Source: Auanema rhodensis
Lineage: Eukaryota > Animalia > Nematoda
Direction of reading: 5' to 3'
NCBI GenBank assembly: GCA_964057225.1
Contig: OZ059900.1
Coordinates: 17,980,001 to 18,044,000, forward strand
Length of the DNA: 64,000 nt
Position numbers and translations under genes: made by a program. Shown in pieces: positions 11,801 to 24,624 of this stretch (position 1 is its first letter; every line of letters starts with the position of its first letter). The notes beneath the pieces were generated by a model, which saw nothing but the letters and a program-made list of their open reading frames with translations, was not told the origin of the DNA and did not search any database.

Positions 11801-13338
11801 CGTAAGTCAAAACCTTGTTTACAGCGAAATTTCCAAAAACTGGTTTTCCAGCATAATAAAATATTTCTCATGGGAAATACTGTGTTTTTGTATTTTTCTA
11901 GTGTTCAGCATGTAAAATGCTTCATTTTAGTATGTAACACGCTGAAATTCGTTGCATTTGACTACTCATATGAACAAAAATCGATTTAATCAATATTAGC
12001 CATAAGGGGCGTGCCCTCAGAATATGCTAATTTCCTTAATTTTCTAACCCCTGTTTTTTTGTCGTGAAAGTGGAACTAGACGTTGTAGGAACAATTTTGA
12101 GCTAGGTTTCATTGACATTGCATGAGTTTGAACACATGAAATCGTAAGTCAAAACCTTGTTTACAGCGAAATTTCCAAAAACTGGTTTTCCAGCATAATA
12201 AAATATTTCTCATGGGAAATACTGTGTTTTTGTATTTTTCTAGTGTTCAGCATGTAAAATGCTTCATTTTAGTATGTAACACGCTGAAATTCGTTGCATT
12301 TGACTACTCATATGAACAAAAATCGATTTAATCAATATTAGCCATAAGGGGCGTGCCCTCAGAATATGCTAATTTCCTTAATTTTCTAACCCCTGTTTTT
12401 TTGTCGTGAAAGTGGAACTAGACGTTGTACAAACAATTTTGAGCTAGGTTTCATTGACATTGCATGACTTTGAACACATGAAATCGTAAGTCAAAACCTT
12501 GTTTACAGCGAAATTTCCAAAAACTGGTTTTCCAGCATAATAAAATATTTCTCATGAGAAATACTGTGTTTTTGTTTTTTTCTAGTGTTCAGCATGTAAA
12601 ATGCTTCATTTTAGTATGTAACACGCTGAAATTCGTTGCATTTGACGACTCATATGAACAAAAATCGATTTAATCAATATTAGCCATAAGGGGCGTGCCC
12701 TCAGAATATGCTAATTTCCTTAATTTTCTAACCCCGGTTTTTTTGTCGTGAAAGTGGAACTAGACGTTGTAGGAACAATTTTGAGCTAGGTTTCATTGAC
12801 ATTGCATGAGTTTGAACACATGAAATCGTAAGTCAAAACCTTGTTTACAGCGAAATTTCCAAAAACTGGTTTTCCAGCATAATAAAATATTTCTCATGGG
12901 AAATACTGTGTTTTTGTATTTTTCTAGTGTTCAGCATGTAAAATGCTTCATTTTAGTATGTAACACGATGAAATTCGTTGCATTTGACTACTCATATGAA
13001 CAAAAATCGATTTAATCAATATTAGCCATAAGGGGCGTGCCCTCAGAATATGCTAATTTCCTTAATTTTCTAACCCCTGTTTTTTTGTCGTGAAAGTGGA
13101 ACTAGACGTTGTAGGAACAATTTTGAGCTAGGTTTCATTGACATTGCATGAGTTTGAACACATGAAATCGTAAGTCAAAACCTTGTTTACAGCGAAATTT
13201 CCAAAAACTGGTTTTCCAGCATAATAAAATATTTCTCAAGGGAAATACTGTGTTTTTGTATTTTTCTAGTGTTCAGCATGTGAAATGCTTCATTTTAGTA
13301 TGTAACACGCTGAAATTCGTTGCATTTGACTACTCATA
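5815..13338. repeat. Tandem duplication of an 11-monomer block (3762 bp x2): M18-28 = M29-39
   Basis: The same ordered variant string appears in both copies, including the rare alleles CATGACTT (156C), TGTTTTTTTC (264T), CAAGGG (243A) and GTTTC (292T). The only difference seen is CTGAT at about 9293. Confidence 0.9.
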
Positions 13339-16300
13339 TGAACAAAAATCGATTTAATCAATATTAGCCATAAGGGGCGTGCCCTCAGAATATGCTAATT
13401 TCCTTAATTTTCTAACCCCTGTTTTTTTGTCGTGAAAGTGGAACTAGACGTTGTAGGAACAATTTTGAGCTAGGTTTCATTGACATTGCATGAGTTTGAA
13501 CACATGAAATCGTAAGTCAAAACCTTGTTTACAGCGAAATTTCCAAAAACTGGTTTTCCAGCATAATAAAATATTTCTCATGGGAAATACTGTGTTTTTG
13601 TATTTTTCTAGTGTTCAGCATGTGAAATGCTTCATTTTAGTATGTAACACGCTGAAATTCGTTGCATTTGACGACTCATATGAACAAAAATCGATTTAAT
13701 CAATATTAGCCATAAGGGGCGTGCCCTCAGAATATGCTAATTTCCTTAATTTTCTAACCCCGGTTTTTTTGTCGTGAAAGTGGAATTAGACGTTGTAGGA
13801 ACAATTTTGAGCTAGGTTTCATTGACATTGCATGAGTTTGAACACATGAAATCGTAAGTCAAAACCTTGTTTACAGCGAAATTTCCAAAAACTGGTTTTC
13901 CAGCATAATAAAATATTTCTCATGGGAAATACTGTGTTTTTGCATTTTTCTAGTGTTCAGCATGTAAAATGTTTCATTTAAGTATGTAACACGCTGAAAT
14001 TCGTTGCATTTGACGACTCATATGAACAAAAATCGATTTAATCAATATTAGCCATAAGGGGCGTGCCCTCAGAATATGCTAATTTCCTTAATTTTCTAAC
14101 CCCTGTTTTTTTGTCGTGAAAGTGGAACTAGACGTTGTAGGAACAATTTTGAGCTAGGTTTCATTGACATTGCATGAGTTTGAACACATGAAATCGTAAG
14201 TCAAAACCTTGTTTACAGCGAAATTTCCAAAAACTGGTTTTCCAGCATAATAAAATATTTCTCATGGGAAATACTGTGTTTTTGTATTTTTCTAGTGTTC
14301 AGCATGTAAAATGCTTCATTTTAGTATGTAACACGCTGAAATTCGTTGCATTTGACGACTCATATGAACAAAAATCGATTTAATCAATATTAGCCATAAG
14401 GGGCGTGCCCTCAGAATATGCTAATTTCCTTAATTTTCTAACCCCTGTTTTTTTGTCGTGAAAGTGGAATTAGACGTTGTAGGAACAATTTTGAGCTAGG
14501 TTTCATTGACATTGCATGAGTTTGAACGCATGAAATCGTAAGTCAAAACCTTGTTTACAGCGAAATTTCCAAAAACTGGTTTTCCAGCATAATAAAATAT
14601 TTCTCATGGGAAATACTGTGTTTTTGTATTTTTATAGTGTTCAGCATGTAAAATGCTTCATTTTAGTATGTAACACGCTGAAATTCGTTGCATTTGACGA
14701 CTCATATGAACAAAAATCGATTTAATCAATATTAGCCATAAGGGGCGTGCCCTCAGAATATGCTAATTTCCTTAATTTTCTAACCCCGGTTTTTTTGTCG
14801 TGAAAGTGGAATTAGACGTTGTAGGAACAATTTTGAGCTAGGTTTCATTGACATTGCATGAGTTTGAACACATGAAATCGTAAGTCAAAACCTTGTTTAC
14901 AGCGAAATTTCCAAAAACTGGTTTTCCAGCATAATAAAATATTTCTCATGGGAAATACTGTGTTTTTGTATTTTTCTAGTGTTCAGCATGTAAAATGCTT
15001 CATTTTAGTATGTAACACGCTGAAATTCGTTGCATTTGACGACTCATATGAACAAAAATCGATTTAATCAATATTAGCCATAAGGGGCGTGCCCTCAGAA
15101 TATGCTAATTTCCTTAATTTTCTAACCCCTGTTTTTTTGTCGTGAAAGTGGAACTAGACGTTGTAGGAACAATTTTGAGCTAGGTTTCATTGACATTGCA
15201 TGAGTTTGAACACATGAAATCGTAAGTCAAAACCTTGTTTACAGCGAAATTTCCAAAAACTGGTTTTCCAGCATAATAAAATATTTCTCATGGGAAATAC
15301 TGTGTTTTTGTATTTTTCTAGCGTTCAGCATGTAAAATGCTTCATTTTAGTATGTAACACGCTGAAATTCGTTGCATTTGACGACTCATATGAACAAAAA
15401 TCGATTTAATCAATATTAGCCATAAAGGGCGTGCTCTCAGAATATGCTAATTTCCTTAATTTTCTAACCCCTGTTTTTTTGTCGTGAAAGTGGAACTAGA
15501 CGTTGTAGGAACAATTTTGAGCTAGGTTTCATTGACATTGCATGAGTTTGAACACATGAAATCGTAAGTCAAAACCTTGTTTACAGCGAAATTTCCAAAA
15601 ACTGGTTTTCCAGCATAATAAAATATTTCTCATGGGAAATACTGTGTTTTTGTATTTTTCTAGCGTTCAGCATGTAAAATGCTTCATTTTAGTATGTGAC
15701 ACGCTGAAATTCGTTGCATTTGACGACTCATATGAACAAAAATCGATTTAATCAATATTAGCCATAAGGGGCGTGCCCTCAGAATATGCTAATTTCCTTA
15801 ATTTTCTAACCCCTGTTTTTTTGTCGTGAAAGTGGAACTAGACGTTGTAGGAACAATTTTGAGCTAGGTTTCATTGACATTGCATGAGTTTGAACACATG
15901 AAATCGTAAGTCAAAACCTTGTTTACAGCGAAATTTCCAAAAACTGGTTTTCCAGCATAATAAAATATTTCTCATGGGAAATACTGTGTTTTTGTATTTT
16001 TCTAGTGTTCAGCATGTGAAATGCTTCATTTTAGTATGTAACACGCTGAAATTCGTTGCATTTGACGACTCATATGAACAAAAATCGATTTAATCAATAT
16101 TAGCCATAAGGGGCGTGCCCTCAGAATATGCTAATTTCCTTAATTTTCTAACCCCGGTTTTTTTGTCGTGAAAGTGGAATTAGACGTTGTAGGAACAATT
16201 TTGAGCTAGGTTTCATTGACATTGCATGAGTTTGAACACATGAAATCGTAAGTCAAAACCTTGTTTACAGCGAAATTTCCAAAAACTGGTTTTCCAGCAT

Positions 16301-19300
16301 AATAAAATATTTCTCATGGGAAATACTGTGTTTTTGTATTTTTCTAGTGTTCAGCATGTAAAATGCTTCATTTTAGTATGTAACACGCTGAAATTCGTTG
16401 CATTTGACTACTCATATGAACAAAAATCGATTTAATCAATATTAGCCATAAGGGGCGTGCCCTCAGAATATGCTAATTTCCTTAATTTTCTAACCCCTGT
16501 TTTTTTGTCGTGAAAGTGGAACTAGACGTTGTACAAACAATTTTGAGCTAGGTTTCATTGACATTGCATGAGTTTGAACACATGAAATCGTAAGTCAAAA
16601 CCTTGTTTACAGCGAAATTTCCAAAAACTGGTTTTCCAGCATAATAAAATATTTCTCATGAGAAATACTGTGTTTTTGTATTTTTCTAGTGTTCAGCATG
16701 TAAAATGCTTCATTTTAGTATGTAACACGATGAAATTCGTTGCATTTGACGACTCATATGAACAAAAATCGATTTAATCAATATTAGCCATAAGGGGCGT
16801 GCCCTCAGAATATGCTAATTTCCTTAATTTTCTAACCCCTGTTTTTTTGTCGTGAAAGTGGAACTAGACGTTGTAGGAACAATTTTGAGCTAGGTTTCAT
16901 TGACATTGCATGAGTTTGAACACATGAAATCGTAAGTCAAAACCTTGTTTACAGCGAAATTTCCAAAAACTGGTTTTCCAGCATAATAAAATATTTCTCA
17001 TGGGAAATACTGTGTTTTTGTATTTTTCTAGTGTTCAGCATGTGAAATGCTTCATTTTAGTATGTAACACGCTGAAATTCGTTGCATTTGACGACTCATA
17101 TGAACAAAAATCGATTTAATCAATATTAGCCATAAGGGGCGTGCCCTCAGAATATGCTAATTTCCTTAATTTTCTAACCCCGGTTTTTTTGTCGTGAAAG
17201 TGGAATTAGACGTTGTAGGAACAATTTTGAGCTAGGTTTCATTGACATTGCATGAGTTTGAACACATGAAATCGTAAGTCAAAACCTTGTTTACAGCGAA
17301 ATTTCCAAAAACTGGTTTTCCAGCATAATAAAATATTTCTCATGGGAAATACTGTGTTTTTGTATTTTTCTAGTGTTCAGCATGTAAAATGTTTCATTTA
17401 AGTATGTAACACGCTGAAATTCGTTGCATTTGACGACTCATATGAACAAAAATCGATTTAATCAATATTAGCCATAAGGGGCGTGCCCTCAGAATATGCT
17501 AATTTCCTTAATTTTCTAACCCCTGTTTTTTTGTCGTGAAAGTGGAACTAGACGTTGTAGGAACAATTTTGAGCTAGGTTTCATTGACATTGCATGAGTT
17601 TGAACACATGAAATCGTAAGTCAAAACCTTGTTTACAGCGAAATTTCCAAAAACTGGTTTTCCAGCATAATAAAATATTTCTCATGGGAAATACTGTGTT
17701 TTTGTATTTTTCTAGTGTTCAGCATGTAAAATGCTTCATTTTAGTATGTAACACGCTGAAATTCGTTGCATTTGACGACTCATATGAACAAAAATCGATT
17801 TAATCAATATTAGCCATAAGGGGCGTGCCCTCAGAATATGCTAATTTCCTTAATTTTCTAACCCCTGTTTTTTTGTCGTGAAAGTGGAATTAGACGTTGT
17901 AGGAACAATTTTGAGCTAGGTTTCATTGACATTGCATGAGTTTGAACGCATGAAATCGTAAGTCAAAACCTTGTTTACAGCGAAATTTCCAAAAACTGGT
18001 TTTCCAGCATAATAAAATATTTCTCATGGGAAATACTGTGTTTTTGTATTTTTATAGTGTTCAGCATGTAAAATGCTTCATTTTAGTATGTAACACGCTG
18101 AAATTCGTTGCATTTGACGACTCATATGAACAAAAATCGATTTAATCAATATTAGCCATAAGGGGCGTGCCCTCAGAATATGCTAATTTCCTTAATTTTC
18201 TAACCCCGGTTTTTTTGTCGTGAAAGTGGAATTAGACGTTGTAGGAACAATTTTGAGCTAGGTTTCATTGACATTGCATGAGTTTGAACACATGAAATCG
18301 TAAGTCAAAACCTTGTTTACAGCGAAATTTCCAAAAACTGGTTTTCCAGCATAATAAAATATTTCTCATGGGAAATACTGTGTTTTTGTATTTTTCTAGT
18401 GTTCAGCATGTGAAATGCTTCATTTTAGTATGTAACACGCTGAAATTCGTTGCATTTGACTACTCATATGAACAAAAATCGATTTAATCAATATTAGCCA
18501 TAAGGGGCGTGCCCTCAGAATATGCTAATTTCCTTAATTTTCTAACCCCGGTTTTTTTGTCGTGAAAGTGGAATTAGACGTTGTAGGAACAATTTTGAGC
18601 TAGGTTTCATTGACATTGCATGAGTTTGAACACATGAAATCGTAAGTCAAAACCTTGTTTACAGCGAAATTTCCAAAAACTGGTTTTCCAGCATAATAAA
18701 ATATTTCTCATGGGAAATACTGTGTTTTTGTATTTTTCTAGTGTTCAGCATGTAAAATGCTTCATTTTAGTATGTAACACGCTGAAATTCGTTGCATTTG
18801 ACGACTCATATGAACAAAAATCGATTTAATCAATATTAGCCATAAGGGGCGTGCCCTCAGAATATGCTAATTTCCTTAATTTTCTAACCCCTGTTTTTTT
18901 GTCGTGAAAGTGGAACTAGACGTTGTAGGAACAATTTTGAGCTAGGTTTCATTGACATTGCATGAGTTTGAACACATGAAATCGTAAGTCAAAACCTTGT
19001 TTACAGCGAAATTTCCAAAAACTGGTTTTCCAGCATAATAAAATATTTCTCATGAGAAATACTGTGTTTTTGTATTTTTCTAGTGTTCAGCATGTAAAAT
19101 GCTTCATTTTAGTATGTAACACGATGAAATTCGTTGCATTTGACGACTCATATGAACAAAAATCGATTTAATCAATATTAGCCATAAGGGGCGTGCCCTC
19201 AGAATATGCTAATTTCATTAATTTTCTAACCCCTGTTTTTTTGTCGTGAAAGTGGAACTAGACGTTGTAGGAACAATTTTGAGCTAGGTTTCATTGACAT

Positions 19301-22300
19301 TGCATGAGTTTGAACACATGAAATCGTAAGTCAAAACCTTGTTTACAGCGAAATTTCCAAAAACTGGTTTTCCAGCATAATAAAATATTTCTCATGGGAA
19401 ATACTGTGTTTTTGTATTTTTCTAGTGTTCAGCATGTAAAATGCTTCATTTTAGTATGTAACACGCTGAAATTCGTTGCATTTGACGACTCATATGAACA
19501 AAAATCGATTTAATCAATATTAGCCATAAGGGGCGTGCCCTCAGAATATGCTAATTTCCTTAATTTTCTAACCCCTGTTTTTTTGTCGTGAAAGTGGAAC
19601 TAGACGTTGTAGGAACAATTTTGAGCTAGGTTTCATTGACATTGCATGAGTTTGAACACATGAAATCGTAAGTCAAAACCTTGTTTACAGCGAAATTTCC
19701 AAAAACTGGTTTTCCAGCATAATAAAATATTTCTCATGGGAAATACTGTGTTTTTGTATTTTTCTAGTGTTCAGCATGTGAAATGCTTCATTTTAGTATG
19801 TAACACGCTGAAATTCGTTGCATTTGACGACTCATATGAACAAAAATCGATTTAATCAATATTAGCCATAAGGGGCGTGCCCTCAGAATATGCTAATTTC
19901 CTTAATTTTCTAACCCCGGTTTTTTTGTCGTGAAAGTGGAATTAGACGTTGTAGGAACAATTTTGAGCTAGGTTTCATTGACATTGCATGAGTTTGAACA
20001 CATGAAATCGTAAGTCAAAACCTTGTTTACAGCGAAATTTCCAAAAACTGGTTTTCCAGCATAATAAAATATTTCTCATGGGAAATACTGTGTTTTTGTA
20101 TTTTTCTAGTGTTCAGCATGTAAAATGCTTCATTTTAGTATGTAACACGCTGAAATTCGTTGCATTTGACTACTCATATGAACAAAAATCGATTTAATCA
20201 ATATTAGCCATAAGGGGCGTGCCCTCAGAATATGCTAATTTCCTTAATTTTCTAACCCCTGTTTTTTTGTCGTGAAAGTGGAACTAGACGTTGTACAAAC
20301 AATTTTGAGCTAGGTTTCATTGACATTGCATGAGTTTGAACACATGAAATCGTAAGTCAAAACCTTGTTTACAGCGAAATTTCCAAAAACTGGTTTTCCA
20401 GCATAATAAAATATTTCTCATGAGAAATACTGTGTTTTTGTATTTTTCTAGTGTTCAGCATGTAAAATGCTTCATTTTAGTATGTAACACGCTGAAATTC
20501 GTTGCATTTGACTACTCATATGAACAAAAATCGATTTAATCAATATTAGCCATAAGGGGCGTGCCCTCAGAATATGCTAATTTCCTTAATTTTCTAACCC
20601 CTGTTTTTTTGTCGTGAAAGTGGAACTAGACGTTGTACAAACAATTTTGAGCTAGGTTTCATTGACATTGCATGAGTTTGAACACATGAAATCGTAAGTC
20701 AAAACCTTGTTTACAGCGAAATTTCCAAAAACTGGTTTTCCAGCATAATAAAATATTTCTCATGAGAAATACTGTGTTTTTGTATTTTTCTAGTGTTCAG
20801 CATGTAAAATGCTTCATTTTAGTATGTAACACGATGAAATTCGTTGCATTTGACGACTCATATGAACAAAAATCGATTTAATCAATATTAGCCATAAGGG
20901 GCGTGCCCTCAGAATATGCTAATTTCCTTAATTTTCTAACCCCTGTTTTTTTGTCGTGAAAGTGGAACTAGACGTTGTAGGAACAATTTTGAGCTAGGTT
21001 TCATTGACATTGCATGAGTTTGAACACATGAAATCGTAAGTCAAAACCTTGTTTACAGCGAAATTTCCAAAAACTGGTTTTCCAGCATAATAAAATATTT
21101 CTCATGGGAAATACTGTGTTTTTGTATTTTTCTAGTGTTCAGCATGTGAAATGCTTCATTTTAGTATGTAACACGCTGAAATTCGTTGCATTTGACGACT
21201 CATATGAACAAAAATCGATTTAATCAATATTAGCCATAAGGGGCGTGCCCTCAGAATATGCTAATTTCCTTAATTTTCTAACCCCGGTTTTTTTGTCGTG
21301 AAAGTGGAATTAGACGTTGTAGGAACAATTTTGAGCTAGGTTTCATTGACATTGCATGAGTTTGAACACATGAAATCGTAAGTCAAAACCTTGTTTACAG
21401 CGAAATTTCCAAAAACTGGTTTTCCAGCATAATAAAATATTTCTCATGGGAAATACTGTGTTTTTGTATTTTTCTAGTGTTCAGCATGTAAAATGTTTCA
21501 TTTAAGTATGTAACACGCTGAAATTCGTTGCATTTGACGACTCATATGAACAAAAATCGATTTAATCAATATTAGCCATAAGGGGCGTGCCCTCAGAATA
21601 TGCTAATTTCCTTAATTTTCTAACCCCTGTTTTTTTGTCGTGAAAGTGGAACTAGACGTTGTAGGAACAATTTTGAGCTAGGTTTCATTGACATTGCATG
21701 AGTTTGAACACATGAAATCGTAAGTCAAAACCTTGTTTACAGCGAAATTTCCAAAAACTGGTTTTCCAGCATAATAAAATATTTCTCATGGGAAATACTG
21801 TGTTTTTGTATTTTTCTAGTGTTCAGCATGTAAAATGCTTCATTTTAGTATGTAACACGCTGAAATTCGTTGCATTTGACGACTCATATGAACAAAAATC
21901 GATTTAATCAATATTAGCCATAAGGGGCGTGCCCTCAGAATATGCTAATTTCCTTAATTTTCTAACCCCTGTTTTTTTGTCGTGAAAGTGGAATTAGACG
22001 TTGTAGGAACAATTTTGAGCTAGGTTTCATTGACATTGCATGAGTTTGAACGCATGAAATCGTAAGTCAAAACCTTGTTTACAGCGAAATTTCCAAAAAC
22101 TGGTTTTCCAGCATAATAAAATATTTCTCATGGGAAATACTGTGTTTTTGTATTTTTATAGTGTTCAGCATGTAAAATGCTTCATTTTAGTATGTAACAC
22201 GCTGAAATTCGTTGCATTTGACGACTCATATGAACAAAAATCGATTTAATCAATATTAGCCATAAGGGGCGTGCCCTCAGAATATGCTAATTTCCTTAAT

Positions 22301-24624
22301 TTTCTAACCCCGGTTTTTTTGTCGTGAAAGTGGAATTAGACGTTGTAGGAACAATTTTGAGCTAGGTTTCATTGACATTGCATGAGTTTGAACACATGAA
22401 ATCGTAAGTCAAAACCTTGTTTACAGCGAAATTTCCAAAAACTGGTTTTCCAGCATAATAAAATATTTCTCATGGGAAATACTGTGTTTTTGTATTTTTC
22501 TAGTGTTCAGCATGTAAAATGCTTCATTTTAGTATGTAACACGCTGAAATTCGTTGCATTTGACTACTCATATGAACAAAAATCGATTTAATCAATATTA
22601 GCCATAAGGGGCGTGCCCTCAGAATATGCTAATTTCCTTAATTTTCTAACCCCTGTTTTTTTGTCGTGAAAGTGGAACTAGACGTTGTAGGAACAATTTT
22701 GAGCTAGGTTTCATTGACATTGCATGAGTTTGAACACATGAAATCGTAAGTCAAAACCTTGTTTACAGCGAAATTTCCAAAAACTGGTTTTCCAGCATAA
22801 TAAAATATTTCTCATGAGAAATACTGTGTTTTTGTATTTTTCTAGTGTTCAGCATGTAAAATGCTTCATTTTAGTATGTAACACGATGAAATTCGTTGCA
22901 TTTGACGACTCATATGAACAAAAATCGATTTAATCAATATTAGCCATAAGGGGCGTGCCCTCAGAATATGCTAATTTCATTAATTTTCTAACCCCTGTTT
23001 TTTTGTCGTGAAAGTGGAACTAGACGTTGTAGGAACAATTTTGAGCTAGGTTTCATTGACATTGCATGAGTTTGAACACATGAAATCGTAAGTCAAAACC
23101 TTGTTTACAGCGAAATTTCCAAAAACTGGTTTTCCAGCATAATAAAATATTTCTCATGGGAAATACTGTGTTTTTGTATTTTTCTAGTGTTCAGCATGTA
23201 AAATGCTTCATTTTAGTATGTAACACGCTGAAATTCGTTGCATTTGACGACTCATATGAACAAAAATCGATTTAATCAATATTAGCCATAAGGGGCGTGC
23301 CCTCAGAATATGCTAATTTCCTTAATTTTCTAACCCCTGTTTTTTTGTCGTGAAAGTGGAACTAGACGTTGTAGGAACAATTTTGAGCTAGGTTTCATTG
23401 ACATTGCATGAGTTTGAACACATGAAATCGTAAGTCAAAACCTTGTTTACAGCGAAATTTCCAAAAACTGGTTTTCCAGCATAATAAAATATTTCTCATG
23501 AGAAATACTGTGTTTTTGTATTTTTCTAGTGTTCAGCATGTAAAATGCTTCATTTTAGTATGTAACACGATGAAATTCGTTGCATTTGACGACTCATATG
23601 AACAAAAATCGATTTAATCAATATTAGCCATAAGGGGCGTGCCCTCAGAATATGCTAATTTCATTAATTTTCTAACCCCTGTTTTTTTGTCGTGAAAGTG
23701 GAACTAGACGTTGTAGGAACAATTTTGAGCTAGGTTTCATTGACATTACATGAGTTTGAACACATGAAATCGTAAGTCAAAACCTTGTTTACAGCGAAAT
23801 TTCCAAAAACTGGTTTTCCAGCATAATAAAATATTTCTCATGGGAAATACTGTGTTTTTGTATTTTTCTAGTGTTCAGCATGTAAAATGCTTCATTTTAG
23901 TATGTAACACGCTGAAATTCGTTGCATTTGACGACTCATATGAACAAAAATCGATTTAATCAATATTAGCCATAAGGGGCGTGCCCTCAGAATATGCTAA
24001 TTTCCTTAATTTTCTAACCCCTGTTTTTTTGTCGTGAAAGTGGAACTAGACGTTGTAGGAACAATTTTGAGCTAGGTTTCATTGACATTGCATGAGTTTG
24101 AACACATGAAATCGTAAGTCAAAACCTTGTTTACAGCGAAATTTCCAAAAACTGGTTTTCCAGCATAATAAAATATTTCTCATGGGAAATACTGTGTTTT
24201 TGTATTTTTCTAGTGTTCAGCATGTGAAATGCTTCATTTTAGTATGTAACACGCTGAAATTCGTTGCATTTGACGACTCATATGAACAAAAATCGATTTA
24301 ATCAATATTAGCCATAAGGGGCGTGCCCTCAGAATATGCTAATTTCCTTAATTTTCTAACCCCGGTTTTTTTGTCGTGAAAGTGGAATTAGACGTTGTAG
24401 GAACAATTTTGAGCTAGGTTTCATTGACATTGCATGAGTTTGAACACATGAAATCGTAAGTCAAAACCTTGTTTACAGCGAAATTTCCAAAAACTGGTTT
24501 TCCAGCATAATAAAATATTTCTCATGGGAAATACTGTGTTTTTGTATTTTTCTAGTGTTCAGCATGTAAAATGCTTCATTTTAGTATGTAACACGCTGAA
24601 ATTCGTTGCATTTGACGACTCATA

